A DNA stretch of 32,000 bases, from positions 1,308,583 through 1,340,582 of the forward strand of contig NZ_CP087880.1 in NCBI RefSeq assembly GCF_021172065.1, read 5' to 3'. Positions 9,166 to 18,823 of the stretch are shown piece after piece. This stretch comes from Pseudocitrobacter corydidari (GTDB lineage Bacteria; Pseudomonadota; Gammaproteobacteria; Enterobacterales; Enterobacteriaceae). The first letter of the stretch is position 1, and every line of letters begins with the position of its first letter. Under the pieces are notes generated by a model that was given only the letters and a program-made list of their open reading frames with translations, had not been told where the DNA came from and did no database searches. Made by a program: the position numbers and the translations under genes.

Positions 9166-10116
9166 TTATGTCCTCGCTTCAGCCAGTACGGAGGCCAGCG
9201 TGCGCTTCGCCAGCGTGAGTTTGAATTGATTCGCCGGGGTAGGCGTGGCATCAGCAAAGAGTTTATCGAAGACCGCTTGTGCCCCGTCAGGTAACACATT
9301 ATCGGCTTCCATCTTTCGCCACGGTTGATGCGCCACCCCGCCAAAGGCCACCCGACCCGTTCCATCCTGGTGAATAACGGCGGCCACGGAGACCAGGGCA
9401 AACGCGTAAGACGCGCGGTCGCGAATTTTACGGTAGATATGCGTTCCCCCCAGTGGCGCAGGTAACGTGACGGCGACGATCAGTTCCCCCGGCGCGAGGG
9501 TGTTTTCTTTTTCAGGCGTGGAGCCTGGCGGCAGATAAAAGGCATCGATAGGAATACGCCGTTCGCGCCCATCGGGATTAACCGTTTCAACCACCGCATC
9601 GAGCAGGCGCATGGCTACCGCCATGTCGCTGGGATGCGTGGCAATGCACGCTTTACTGGTTCCCGCGACGGCATGCTGGCGGCTAAAGCCCTCCAGCGCC
9701 GCGCAACCGCTGCCGGGGACTCTTTTATTACACGGTTGGTTGGTATCGTAGAAATAGGGGCATCGCGTGCGCTGGAGCAAATTTCCGCCGGTGGTCGCCT
9801 GATTTCGCAACTGGCCGGATGCGCCTGCAAGCAACGCTCTGGCTAACACGGCGTAATCACGGCGAACGTGCATATTGGCCGCAAGATCGGTGTTTCGCAC
9901 CATGGCACCGATACGCAGCCCGCCTTCAGGCGTAACATCGATGCTGTTTAACCCCAGGCCATTGATATCTATCAGGTGGAGCGGCGCTTCAATCTCCAGC
10001 TTCATGAGATCAAGCAGATTCGTTCCGCCGGCGATGAACTTTGCCCCTGGGTTCTGCTGCGCGTTTTTTGCGGCTTCGGCGGGTGTTTTGGCCCGTTCAT
10101 AGGTAAACGCTTTCAT
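9166..10116 (-). CDS. paoB: Aldehyde oxidoreductase FAD-binding subunit PaoB
   Basis: 316 aa. [17 protein letters not shown]...[15 protein letters not shown] is the FAD-binding CO-dehydrogenase flavoprotein signature. The gene sits between paoA and paoC. Confidence 0.9.
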   Translation of the reverse strand: MKAFTYERAKTPAEAAKNAQQNPGAKFIAGGTNLLDLMKLEIEAPLHLIDINGLGLNSIDVTPEGGLRIGAMVRNTDLAANMHVRRDYAVLARALLAGASGQLRNQATTGGNLLQRTRCPYFYDTNQPCNKRVPGSGCAALEGFSRQHAVAGTSKACIATHPSDMAVAMRLLDAVVETVNPDGRERRIPIDAFYLPPGSTPEKENTLAPGELIVAVTLPAPLGGTHIYRKIRDRASYAFALVSVAAVIHQDGTGRVAFGGVAHQPWRKMEADNVLPDGAQAVFDKLFADATPTPANQFKLTLAKRTLASVLAEART

Positions 10117-10781
10117 GATTTTTTCTCCCCGCTGACGTCATTAATCGCCGCCAGGATGTTGGCGTAGGCTCCGCAGCGACAAATGTTGCCGCTCATCCGT
10201 TCGCGGATTTCCTCGTCGTTCATTGATGGTGGCGAAACCAAATCGTGCGTGACGTGGCTGGGGATCCCCGTATTTAGCTCCTCAATCATGGCGACAGAAG
10301 AACAGATTTGCCCTGGGGTGCAATAACCGCACTGATAGCCATCGTGTTTGATAAAGGCAGCCTGCATCGGATGGAGGGCTTCCGGCGAACCCAACCCTTC
10401 GATGGTGGTGATTTCTGCATTTTGATGCATAACGGCAAGCGTGAGACAGGCGTTCACCCGACGCCCATCAAGAAGGACCGTGCAGGCACCGCATTGTCCG
10501 TGGTCGCATCCTTTCTTGGTTCCCGTGAGTTGAAGGTGCTCACGCAGGGCATCCAGCAGCGTTGTGCGGGTATCCATGTCCAGCGTGCAGGTTTTTCCAT
10601 TTACCTGAAGCGTAACGGGCATTATCTCAGGTGCTGGCGTATCGCGAGGAACGGATTCACCGATCGCGTGTTGAGGATAGACGGCAGCGGTTGCCGCAGT
10701 TGCAGCGCTGACTTTCAAAAGCGTGCGCCGTGTGAGGTTAAGTTCGGGGTGGTTTTCAGATGCTCCGCCTTGCTTGCTCAT
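10113..10781 (-). CDS. paoA: Aldehyde oxidoreductase 2Fe-2S subunit PaoA with Tat signal peptide
   Basis: 222 aa. A twin-arginine motif ([17 protein letters not shown]) is followed by two [2Fe-2S] cysteine clusters ([11 protein letters not shown]; CGYCTPGQ...CRCGAY). Confidence 0.9.
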   Translation of the reverse strand: MSKQGGASENHPELNLTRRTLLKVSAATAATAAVYPQHAIGESVPRDTPAPEIMPVTLQVNGKTCTLDMDTRTTLLDALREHLQLTGTKKGCDHGQCGACTVLLDGRRVNACLTLAVMHQNAEITTIEGLGSPEALHPMQAAFIKHDGYQCGYCTPGQICSSVAMIEELNTGIPSHVTHDLVSPPSMNDEEIRERMSGNICRCGAYANILAAINDVSGEKKS

Positions 10782-11197
10782 GCCAGGCCTCCGGTAGGAA
10801 AAAATAGTTTGGCTATTTTTCTTAAAACATTAAGGATAGCCCCTATTTTAATAGGGAATATTCCTAAAACCGTCCGCAGTTGAGGAAGGCGTTGAGTAAA
10901 TTTTAGATTTAGCAATTAGTGCTATTTGTCGAAAAATAAGGCTGTGACAAATTTCCTGGTATCAGAAGTAATTGTCTTATTTTGCAGAAAGAGCAAATAA
11001 TTTATTTTTGAATGAAATAAGATATCTTCACTTTTAAATATTACCCATTAAGGTGGGTACGTAAATAAGCCAGATTGACACCTTTTTCCTTCCAGATGAC
11101 ACTCAATACAGACCTCTCATAAATCAATAAGTTTCATTTCCAATGTCTTGCTGTTCATCTCTTTCGTGGCTGTATTGCTTGTATATGGAGCGTTTAT

Positions 11198-14100
11198 ATG
11201 AATAGAATCTATCGCGTCATGTGGAATAGTACCCTCCAGGTCTTTCAGGTCTGCTCGGAATTAACTCGCCGGACAGGTAAGACATCCACTGTTAATCTGA
11301 GTAAGTCTCCAACCCTCAACAACAAAATCAACATGCTGGCGCTGAGTGTATTGATGGCGCTGGCTGGTATAGCCTCAGCTGCTCCACTCACGGTAGATAA
11401 TGATCAGACTATAAATATTAATACCGCTGGTGCTTACGACTTCTACCAGATCGGGTGGAGTGGCACTGGGGTGCTTAATATTTTGACTGGCGGTAATCTT
11501 TCCTTATCCACTCATACAACCAGCGTCGTTGGCGGTAATGTGGGGTCTGATGGTACCGTAAATGTTTTGGGTGGCACCTGGCGATTGTATGATGCTGGAA
11601 ATGGAGCCTGGCCTTTAAATCTCGGTCAATCAGGAAAAGGTACGCTTAATATCCGCAAGGCGGGTCACGTTGATGGGGGTTATTTAACGGTAGGCTCTCA
11701 GGCAACAGGTGTAGGGACGGTTAATGTTGAGGGAGAAGGTTCGGAACTGACGACTGAAATGTTCCAAATCGGAGGGTATGGAACGGGTTCATTAAATATT
11801 ACCGATAAAGGTTACGTCAATAGTTTACAAGTTGCCATTGTAGGTTATCAGGGGGACAGTAATGGTCAGGTTATTGTCGAAAAAGGAGGGGAGTGGGAGA
11901 TAGAAAATAATAATATACCAGTTGACTTCCAGATTGGCAATCAAGGGACGGGTGAAACGACTATTCGCGAAGGTGGCATAGTTACGGCAGGAGATACTTA
12001 TATTGGTGGTAATCCTACCGGTATCGGAACCTTGAATGTGCAAGATCCTGGCTCTGTAATCACGTTTACCAGACTCTATAACGGTGTTCGTGGTAACGGT
12101 ACGATCAATATTTCCAATAGCGGCCTCGTGAATAACGCGTCTTTTGCATTATTAGGCGGAGAGCCTGGTTCTCGTGGCGTCGTCAATGTGACTGATAAGG
12201 GGCATTGGAATTTCCTCGGAAGGGGTGAAGCTTTCCGATATATCTACGTAGGTGACGCTGGCGACGGTGAACTTAATGTTTCGGATGAAGGTAAGGTTGA
12301 TTCAGGCATCATCACTGCCGGGATGAAACAGACAGGGACAGGCAGTATTACCGTCAAGGATAAAAACTCGGTTATTACTAACCTCGGCACCAATCTCGGT
12401 TATGACGGCTACGGCGAAATGGATATCAGTAATGATGGGCTTGTGGTCAGCAATGGCGGAAGCTCACTCGGTTATGGTGAGACCGGTGTCGGGAATGTGA
12501 GCATTACAACGGGGGGGGGGTGGGAGGTCAATAATACCGTCTATACCACCATTGGTTTTGGAGGCGTCGGAAATCTTGATATTAGCGATGGCGGTAAGTT
12601 TGTATCGGAATATATTACTGTCCTGGGTGAAGAAGAAAGCGGTATCGGTACGCTGAATTTGAAGGATGAGACCTCGTCCTTCAGGAGTGAGGGCCTTATT
12701 GTAGGTAATTCTGGTAATGGCAACGTAAACGTCAGTAATGGTACAACCCTGACGTCTTCCGGATATGGTTTTATTGGTTCAAACATCACAGGTAAAGGGC
12801 TTGTCAATATTTCAACGGGTAGCCTTTGGAATATTCTCAACGAGGATGGTAATGGTCAGTTGCTTCGGGTTGGTTTATCCGGCAGTGGGGAACTGAATAT
12901 TACCTCCGGTGGCGAAGTGAAGGCCCTTGATACACAGATTGGTTCCTATGACACAGGTAAAGGAACTGTCCTGATTGATGGGCAAAACTCACTTCTTGAA
13001 ACCTTCAATATGCTGGTGGGCGCCACTGGTAAGGGAACAGTAACTCTGACCAATAACGGCACCCTGAATGTGGTTGGTGGAGAAGTTTACTTAGGTACTT
13101 TTGAACCTGCCGTAGGGACGCTCAATATTGGCGCAGCTCACGGAGAGGCGGCGGCGGATGCCGGGTATATCACCAACGCGACAAAAGTAGAGCTTGGTCT
13201 GGGTGAAGGCATTTTTGTCTTTAATCATACGGATAACAGTGATACCGGCTACCAGGTCGATCTGCTGATTACGGGTGACGACAAAGACGGGAAAGTCATT
13301 CATGACGCGGGACATACTGTGTTCAATGGGGGGAATACCTATAGTGGCAAGACGCTGGTCAACGGCGGGCTTCTGACCATTGCATCACATACCACGGATG
13401 GCGTCACGGGTATGGGAACGAGTGAAGTGACGATTGCCAGCCCGGGAACCCTTGAGATTCTCGCCTCTACAAACAGTGCCGGAGATTACACGCTGACCAA
13501 TGCGCTTAAAGGCGATGGCTTGCTGCAAGTGCAATTGTCATCTTCTGACAATAAGTTTGGCTTTACCCATGCGACAGGGACTGAATTCGCCGGTGTTGCG
13601 CAATTGAAAGACAGTGCTTTTACTCTGGAAAGTGATAACACGGCGGCGCTTACCCACGCGATGTTGCAGTCTGACAATGGAAATACCACATCGGTTAAAG
13701 CAGGTGAGCAATCTATAGGCGGGCTGGCTATGAATGGCGGCACGTTGATCTTCGATACGGATATTCCTGCCGCGACGCTTGCAGAGGGGTATATCAGCGT
13801 CGATACGCTGGTGGCCGGCGCGGGTGACTACACCTGGAAGGATCGTCACTACCAGGTAAACGGAACCGGCGATGTGCTTATCGACGTACCGAACCCGTGG
13901 AACGATCCGATGGCTAATAATCCGCTGACAACCCTCAATTTGCTGGAACAGGATGATAGCCATGTCGGCGTTCAACTGGTGAAAGCGCAGACCATTATTG
14001 GGTCTGGAGGCTCCTTAACGCTGCGTGATTTGCAGGGCGATGAGGTGACGGCGGATAAAACGTTACAAATTGCGCAAAACGGTACGGTGGTTGCCGATGG

Positions 14101-16618
14101 CGAATATGGTTTCCGCCTCACAACCGCACCGGGTGATGGCTTGTACGTGAACTATGGTCTGAAGGCGCTGAACATCTATGGTGGGAAGACGCTGACGTTA
14201 GCCGAACACGGTGGAGCCTATGGTGCGACGGCTGATATGTCGGCAAAAATCGGCGGTGAAGGGGATCTGGCGATCAATACGGTTCGACAGGTTTCACTTT
14301 CCAATGGTCAGAACGACTATCAGGGCGCAACCTACGTTCAGATGGGGACCCTGCGTACTGACGCGGACGGCGTGCTGGGCAATACGCGTGAGCTGAATAT
14401 CAGCAACGCGGCTATCGTCGATCTAAACGGATCGTCGCAGACAGTAGGAGCATTCACCGGGGAAATGGGCTCGACCGTATTGTTCAAAGACGGTTCCCTG
14501 ACGGTGAATAACGGTGGCATTAGTCAGGGAGAACTGGCTGGTGGCGGAAACCTGAATGTAACAGGAGGAACGCTGGCCATTGAAGGGGTGAATGCGCGCT
14601 ACAACGCGCTAACCAGCATTAGCCCGAATGCGGAAGTCAGCATCGATAATGCGCAAGGTTTGGGCAGTGGAAATATTGCCAATGACGGCCAGTTAACGCT
14701 GAAAAGTGTGATTGGCGAACTGCGTAACAGTATGAGCGGCAAGGGCGCGGTGAGCGCAACTGCCGAAACTGACGTTGAGCTGGATGGCGATAATAGCCGC
14801 TTTGCGGGGCAATTTAACATCGACGCAGGTAGCGCATTGAGCGTCAACGAACAGAAAAACCTGGGCGATGCTTCCGTTATCAATAATGGCCTGCTCACTA
14901 TTGCCACCGAACGTGGCTGGGCAATGACGCACAGCATCACCGGCAGCGGTGATGTGACCAAACTGGGCACCGGGATCTTAACCTTCAACAACGATTCTGC
15001 AGCGTATCAGGGGACGACGGATATCGTGGCCGGTGAAATTGCTTTCGGTTCTGGCGCTGCCATTGATATGGCAAGTCAACATATCAATATCCATAACAGC
15101 GGTGTTATGTCGGGAAATGTCACCACCGCAGGGGATGTGAATGTTATGTCCGGGGGGACACTGCGCGTCGCGAAAACCACTGTTGGCGGCAACCTGGATA
15201 ATGGCGGCACGGTTCAAATGAACAGCGAAGGAGGAAAACCGGGCAATGTACTGACCGTTAACGGCAACTATACCGGCAACAATGGCCTGATGACGTTCAA
15301 CACGACGCTGGGTGGCGATAATTCCCCTACGGATAAAATGAACGTAAAAGGCGATACGCAGGGCAATACCCGCGTTCGGGTTGATAATATTGGCGGCGTT
15401 GGCGCACAAACGGTCAACGGTATTGAACTCGTTGAAGTTGGCGGTAATTCTGCGGGTAACTTCGCGCTAACCACAGGAACTGTAGAAGCAGGGGCTTACG
15501 TCTACACGCTGGCTAAAGGGAAGGGTAATGACGCAAAAAACTGGTATCTGACCAGTAAATGGGACGGCGTGACGCCACCGGATACGCCCGACCCCATTGA
15601 TAATCCACCTGTTGTGGATCCGGAAGGTCCATCAGTGGTTCGCCCGGAAGCCGGGAGCTATATCAGCAACATTGCCGCAGCAAATACGCTGTTTAGTCAT
15701 CGCTTACACGACCGTCTGGGTGAACCGCAGTATACCGATTCCCTGCGCGCGCAGGATTCGGCAACCAGTATGTGGATGCGTCATGTCGGAGGACACGAAC
15801 GTTCCAGCGCCGGAGACGGCCAGTTAAAAACGCAGGCTAACCGCTATGTATTGCAGTTAGGCGGCGATTTGGCGCAGTGGAGCAGCACTGCGCAGGATCG
15901 CTGGCATCTCGGCATCATGGCAGGCTACGCCAATCAGCACAGTAATACACAAAGTAACCGCGTAGGTTATAAATCGGATGGGCGCATCAGCGGTTACAGC
16001 GTTGGGCTGTATGCGACCTGGTATCAGAACGATACAGATAAGACCGGCGCTTATGTTGACAGCTGGGCCCTTTATAACTGGTTTGATAACAGCGTAAGTT
16101 CCGATAACCGTTCAGATGATGACTATAACTCTCGCGGCGTGACGGCATCTATTGAAGGAGGTTATACCTTTGAAGCGGGAACCTTTAGCGGCAGCGAAGG
16201 AACGCTGAATACATGGTACGTTCAGCCGCAGGCGCAAATCACCTGGATGGGTGTGAAAGATTCTGACCATACCCGGAACGATGGAACGCGCATTGAAACG
16301 GAAGGCGACGGAAACGTGCAAACGCGACTCGGGGTGAAAACTTATCTGAACAGTCATCATCAGCGTGACGATGGCAAACAGCGTGAGTTCCAGCCTTACA
16401 TCGAAGCGAACTGGATCTATAACAGCAAAGTCTACGCCGTGAAGATGGACGGGCAAACCGTAAGTCGCGATGGCGCACGAAATCTGGGTGAAGTGCGTAC
16501 CGGGGTTGAGGCGAAAATGAATAATAACCTCAGCCTGTGGGGGAATGTCGGTGTGCAATTAGGTGATAAAGGCTATAGCGATACTCAAGGGATGCTGGGT
16601 GTGAAATACAGCTGGTAA
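11198..16618 (+). CDS. Large AIDA-I-type (type Va) autotransporter adhesin, intact
   Basis: 1806 aa, with four recognisable parts:
- An extended signal peptide region (MNRIYRVMWNSTLQVFQVCSELTRR...ALAGIASA).
- About 20 GxGxLN(I/V) beta-helix repeats.
- A Pro-rich linker (VTPPDTPDPIDNPPVVDPEGPS).
- A C-terminal beta-barrel ending GVKYSW.
Its position next to hipB corresponds to the yneO/ydeK/ydeU autotransporter pseudogene locus of E. coli K-12 (from memory). Confidence 0.9.
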   Translation: MNRIYRVMWNSTLQVFQVCSELTRRTGKTSTVNLSKSPTLNNKINMLALSVLMALAGIASAAPLTVDNDQTININTAGAYDFYQIGWSGTGVLNILTGGNLSLSTHTTSVVGGNVGSDGTVNVLGGTWRLYDAGNGAWPLNLGQSGKGTLNIRKAGHVDGGYLTVGSQATGVGTVNVEGEGSELTTEMFQIGGYGTGSLNITDKGYVNSLQVAIVGYQGDSNGQVIVEKGGEWEIENNNIPVDFQIGNQGTGETTIREGGIVTAGDTYIGGNPTGIGTLNVQDPGSVITFTRLYNGVRGNGTINISNSGLVNNASFALLGGEPGSRGVVNVTDKGHWNFLGRGEAFRYIYVGDAGDGELNVSDEGKVDSGIITAGMKQTGTGSITVKDKNSVITNLGTNLGYDGYGEMDISNDGLVVSNGGSSLGYGETGVGNVSITTGGGWEVNNTVYTTIGFGGVGNLDISDGGKFVSEYITVLGEEESGIGTLNLKDETSSFRSEGLIVGNSGNGNVNVSNGTTLTSSGYGFIGSNITGKGLVNISTGSLWNILNEDGNGQLLRVGLSGSGELNITSGGEVKALDTQIGSYDTGKGTVLIDGQNSLLETFNMLVGATGKGTVTLTNNGTLNVVGGEVYLGTFEPAVGTLNIGAAHGEAAADAGYITNATKVELGLGEGIFVFNHTDNSDTGYQVDLLITGDDKDGKVIHDAGHTVFNGGNTYSGKTLVNGGLLTIASHTTDGVTGMGTSEVTIASPGTLEILASTNSAGDYTLTNALKGDGLLQVQLSSSDNKFGFTHATGTEFAGVAQLKDSAFTLESDNTAALTHAMLQSDNGNTTSVKAGEQSIGGLAMNGGTLIFDTDIPAATLAEGYISVDTLVAGAGDYTWKDRHYQVNGTGDVLIDVPNPWNDPMANNPLTTLNLLEQDDSHVGVQLVKAQTIIGSGGSLTLRDLQGDEVTADKTLQIAQNGTVVADGEYGFRLTTAPGDGLYVNYGLKALNIYGGKTLTLAEHGGAYGATADMSAKIGGEGDLAINTVRQVSLSNGQNDYQGATYVQMGTLRTDADGVLGNTRELNISNAAIVDLNGSSQTVGAFTGEMGSTVLFKDGSLTVNNGGISQGELAGGGNLNVTGGTLAIEGVNARYNALTSISPNAEVSIDNAQGLGSGNIANDGQLTLKSVIGELRNSMSGKGAVSATAETDVELDGDNSRFAGQFNIDAGSALSVNEQKNLGDASVINNGLLTIATERGWAMTHSITGSGDVTKLGTGILTFNNDSAAYQGTTDIVAGEIAFGSGAAIDMASQHINIHNSGVMSGNVTTAGDVNVMSGGTLRVAKTTVGGNLDNGGTVQMNSEGGKPGNVLTVNGNYTGNNGLMTFNTTLGGDNSPTDKMNVKGDTQGNTRVRVDNIGGVGAQTVNGIELVEVGGNSAGNFALTTGTVEAGAYVYTLAKGKGNDAKNWYLTSKWDGVTPPDTPDPIDNPPVVDPEGPSVVRPEAGSYISNIAAANTLFSHRLHDRLGEPQYTDSLRAQDSATSMWMRHVGGHERSSAGDGQLKTQANRYVLQLGGDLAQWSSTAQDRWHLGIMAGYANQHSNTQSNRVGYKSDGRISGYSVGLYATWYQNDTDKTGAYVDSWALYNWFDNSVSSDNRSDDDYNSRGVTASIEGGYTFEAGTFSGSEGTLNTWYVQPQAQITWMGVKDSDHTRNDGTRIETEGDGNVQTRLGVKTYLNSHHQRDDGKQREFQPYIEANWIYNSKVYAVKMDGQTVSRDGARNLGEVRTGVEAKMNNNLSLWGNVGVQLGDKGYSDTQGMLGVKYSW
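12511..12520 (+). repeat. G10 homopolymeric tract inside the autotransporter coding sequence (in frame, encodes GGG)
   Basis: Read directly: acaac-gggggggggg-tgggag. The codons are ACG GGG GGG GGG TGG, giving ITTGGGWEV. Confidence 0.95.
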
Positions 16619-16626
16619 TCCGTAAC

Positions 16627-16660
16627 AAGCCGCATGTCGTTAAGGGCATGCGGCTTTAAT
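16627..16660 (+). terminator. Stem-loop terminator after the autotransporter gene
   Basis: AAGCCGCATG (16627-16636) pairs with CATGCGGCTT (16647-16656) and is followed by TAAT. Confidence 0.5.
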
Positions 16661-16820
16661 ATATTGTTAAGTATTTACCTATATTCTCTTTATGATTGAG
16701 CAGGGTAGAAAACTCTGAATTGTCTCTTCATCGCAGCGTAACTGGATGATTTAGAGTGCATTCCCGGCAGAGTCAGCTATGCTTAGTTGTGTGCTATTAA
16801 GATGATAATAGGGAGTTAAT

Positions 16821-16979
16821 ATGGGATTCTGGAGAATCGTTATTACGATCATTTTGCCGCCGTTGGGTGTATTAATTGGTAAAGGCTTCGGCTGGGCATT
16901 TATATTAAATATTATCCTCACGCTTCTTGGGTATATTCCGGGGTTAATTCACGCATTTTGGGTTCAAACTAAAGATTAA
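16821..16979 (+). CDS. yqaE: YqaE/Pmp3-family small hydrophobic membrane protein (52 aa), not in the ORF track
   Basis: My own translation is MGFWRIVITIILPPLGVLIGKGFGWAFILNIILTLLGYIPGLIHAFWVQTKD, nearly identical to E. coli YqaE as recalled. An RBS (GGGAG) lies at 16811-16815. Confidence 0.85.
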   Translation: MGFWRIVITIILPPLGVLIGKGFGWAFILNIILTLLGYIPGLIHAFWVQTKD

Positions 16980-16983
16980 CCTC

Positions 16984-17008
16984 AAACGGCGCATCAGCGC
17001 CGTTTTTT
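16984..17008 (+). terminator. Rho-independent terminator of the yqaE-like gene
   Basis: AAACGGCGC, loop ATCA, GCGCCGTTT. The T-run continues to give six consecutive T in total. Confidence 0.7.
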
Positions 17009-17021
17009 AATTCTTCTCTTC

Positions 17022-17135
17022 TATCCGCGATCGCGGATATCACTGCAATTATCCCGTATAGCGGATAAAATGAGTTCACAGATTGACTTTATCCTCAAGA
17101 AGGGATAAAAACATAAATATCCCTTTGCGCGGATA
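17022..17135. promoter_or_regulatory. hipBA promoter/operator region with four HipB operators
   Basis: Four TATCC-N8-GGATA palindromes lie at 17022-17039, 17050-17067, 17090-17107 and 17118-17135. This matches the known hipBA operator consensus and number. Confidence 0.85.
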
Positions 17136-17156
17136 ACTTTCCTGTGGACGAATGAC

Positions 17157-17423
17157 ATGAAGAGCTTCCCGATGATCTACAGCCCAACGCAATTAGCGAA
17201 TGCAATGAAACTGGTTCGTCAGCAAAATGGCTGGACGCAGAGCGAGCTGGCGAAAAAAATCGGCATAAAGCAGGCGACCATTTCCAATTTCGAAAATAAC
17301 CCGGATAACACCACGCTGACGACTTTTTTTAAGATTTTACAGTCACTTGAGCTCTCAATGACGCTATGCGAAACAAAAGACGCTGCGCCTGAATCTACTG
17401 ACCAACAGGATCTGGAGTGGTAA
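17157..17423 (+). CDS. hipB: HipB antitoxin (Xre-type HTH)
   Basis: 88 aa, almost identical to E. coli HipB (IYSPTQLANAMKLVRQQNGWTQSELAKKIGIKQATISNFENNPDNTTLTTFFKILQSLELSMTLC). The stop overlaps the hipA ATG (TAATG). Confidence 0.95.
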   Translation: MKSFPMIYSPTQLANAMKLVRQQNGWTQSELAKKIGIKQATISNFENNPDNTTLTTFFKILQSLELSMTLCETKDAAPESTDQQDLEW

Positions 17424-18736
17424 TGCCTAAACTTGTCACATGGATGAACAATCAGCGAGTCGGTGAGTTAACGAAACTGGCCAACGGTGCGCATACGTTT
17501 AAATATGCGCCGGAATGGTTAGCCAATCGTTATGCCAGGCCATTGTCACTTTCGCTACCGTTGCAGGTGGGGAATATCACCTCGGATGCGGTTTTTAACT
17601 TCTTCGATAACCTGCTGCCTGATAGCCCGATCGTGCGCGACAGGATCGTTAAACGTTATCGCGCAAAATCAAAGCAACCTTTTGATTTATTGTCAGAAGT
17701 CGGTCGAGATAGCGTAGGCGCAGTGACGTTATTACCGGAGGATGAAGCGGTGACAAATCCGGTTATGACATGGGAGAAATTAAGTGAGGCAAAGCTTGAA
17801 GAGGTGTTGTCGGCTTATAAATCAGATATCCCGTTAGGAATGATTAACGCAGAAAATGACTTTCGCATCTCCGTTGCCGGCGCGCAGGAAAAAACCGCGC
17901 TGCTCAAAATGGGCGCTGACTGGTGTATTCCGAAGGGAATAACGCCAACGACGCACATTATCAAATTGCCGATTGGCGAAATCAGACAGCCTAATGCGAC
18001 GCTCGATCTTAGCCAAAGCGTTGATAATGAATATTTTTGTCTGCTGCTGGCGAAACAACTCGGGTTGAATGTTCCCGGCCCCGAAATCATCAAAGCGGGA
18101 AGGGTGCGCGCGTTGGCGGTCGAACGCTTCGACAGACGCTGGAATACTGAACGGTCAGTTTTACTCCGCTTGCCGCAGGAAGATATGTGCCAGACATTCG
18201 GTTTACCGTCATCAGTCAAATACGAATCTGACGGAGGCCCGGGTATCGCGCAAATCATGGCTTTTTTGATGGGGTCCAGCGAGGCGCTGAAAGATCGCTA
18301 TGATTTTATGAAGTTTCAGGTGTTCCAGTGGTTGATTGGCGCAACGGATGGCCATGCAAAAAATTTCTCCGTATTTATTCAGGCTGGCGGCAGTTATCGG
18401 CTCACACCATTTTACGACATCATTTCGGCATTTCCGGTTCTTGGCGGTACGGGAATACATATCAGCGATTTGAAACTGGCCATGGGGCTTAATGCATCCA
18501 AAGGCAGAAAAACGGCAATCGATAAAATTTATCCGCGACATTTTTTGGCGACAGCAAAGGCACTGAAATTCCCGGAAGTACAGATGCGTGAAATCCTGAA
18601 TGAGTTTGCAGAGCAGATTCCCGCAGCACTGGATAACGTGACGACTGCATTACCGACAGATTTCCCAGAGAACGTGGCGATGGCAATCCAGACCAATGTG
18701 CTGAGGTTGCATGGGCGGTTAAGCCGGGAGAGATGA
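17423..18736 (+). CDS. hipA: HipA serine/threonine kinase toxin
   Basis: Starting at the ATG at 17423 gives MPKLVTWMNNQRVGELTKLANGAHTFKYAPEWL..., collinear with E. coli HipA. The ISVAGAQEKTAL autophosphorylation loop and the catalytic ATDGHAKNFS motif are present, and Gly22 is the wild-type residue. Confidence 0.95.
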   Translation: MPKLVTWMNNQRVGELTKLANGAHTFKYAPEWLANRYARPLSLSLPLQVGNITSDAVFNFFDNLLPDSPIVRDRIVKRYRAKSKQPFDLLSEVGRDSVGAVTLLPEDEAVTNPVMTWEKLSEAKLEEVLSAYKSDIPLGMINAENDFRISVAGAQEKTALLKMGADWCIPKGITPTTHIIKLPIGEIRQPNATLDLSQSVDNEYFCLLLAKQLGLNVPGPEIIKAGRVRALAVERFDRRWNTERSVLLRLPQEDMCQTFGLPSSVKYESDGGPGIAQIMAFLMGSSEALKDRYDFMKFQVFQWLIGATDGHAKNFSVFIQAGGSYRLTPFYDIISAFPVLGGTGIHISDLKLAMGLNASKGRKTAIDKIYPRHFLATAKALKFPEVQMREILNEFAEQIPAALDNVTTALPTDFPENVAMAIQTNVLRLHGRLSRER

Positions 18737-18823
18737 GTTTGAAGGAAAAATGGGCTTTTGGCGGGGATAAACGACCTGGGCAATCATAACCACAAAACAC
18801 CGGATTCTGCCTGGTTCTATGTT

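Noticed and set aside
9165-9401. The ORF track extends paoC upstream to 9401 (811 aa).
   Set aside because: The extension overlaps the 3' end of paoB in another frame and has a non-protein-like sequence. The ATG at 9162-9164 gives a 732-aa protein whose N-terminus (MKFTQPAGDNPIDRL) matches PaoC.
10782-11197. Looked in the AT-rich 416-bp region upstream of the autotransporter for Dam (GATC) clusters or OxyR-type phase-variation elements like those of agn43.
   Set aside because: No GATC sites were seen in 10900-11197. Nothing beyond generic AT-rich promoter-like DNA can be supported by eye.
11825-16558. About a dozen ORFs of 60-148 aa inside the autotransporter gene, mostly antisense (for example 13538..13975, 14599..14991, 14978..15409, 16112..16558).
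   Set aside because: All lie fully inside a 5.4-kb ORF with clear autotransporter domain structure. Repetitive GC-rich coding DNA typically yields open antisense frames, and their translations are Arg/Pro/Ser-rich and low in complexity.
16661-16820. Looked for an sRNA, tRNA or small ORF in the gap between the autotransporter terminator and the yqaE-like gene.
   Set aside because: I could not see a cloverleaf-compatible structure, a convincing promoter-plus-terminator pair or a conserved-looking ORF. It is probably just the yqaE promoter region.
17417-17422. A GTG start two codons upstream of the hipA ATG.
   Set aside because: The canonical hipB-hipA TAATG overlap and the MPKLVTW N-terminus of HipA favour 17423.
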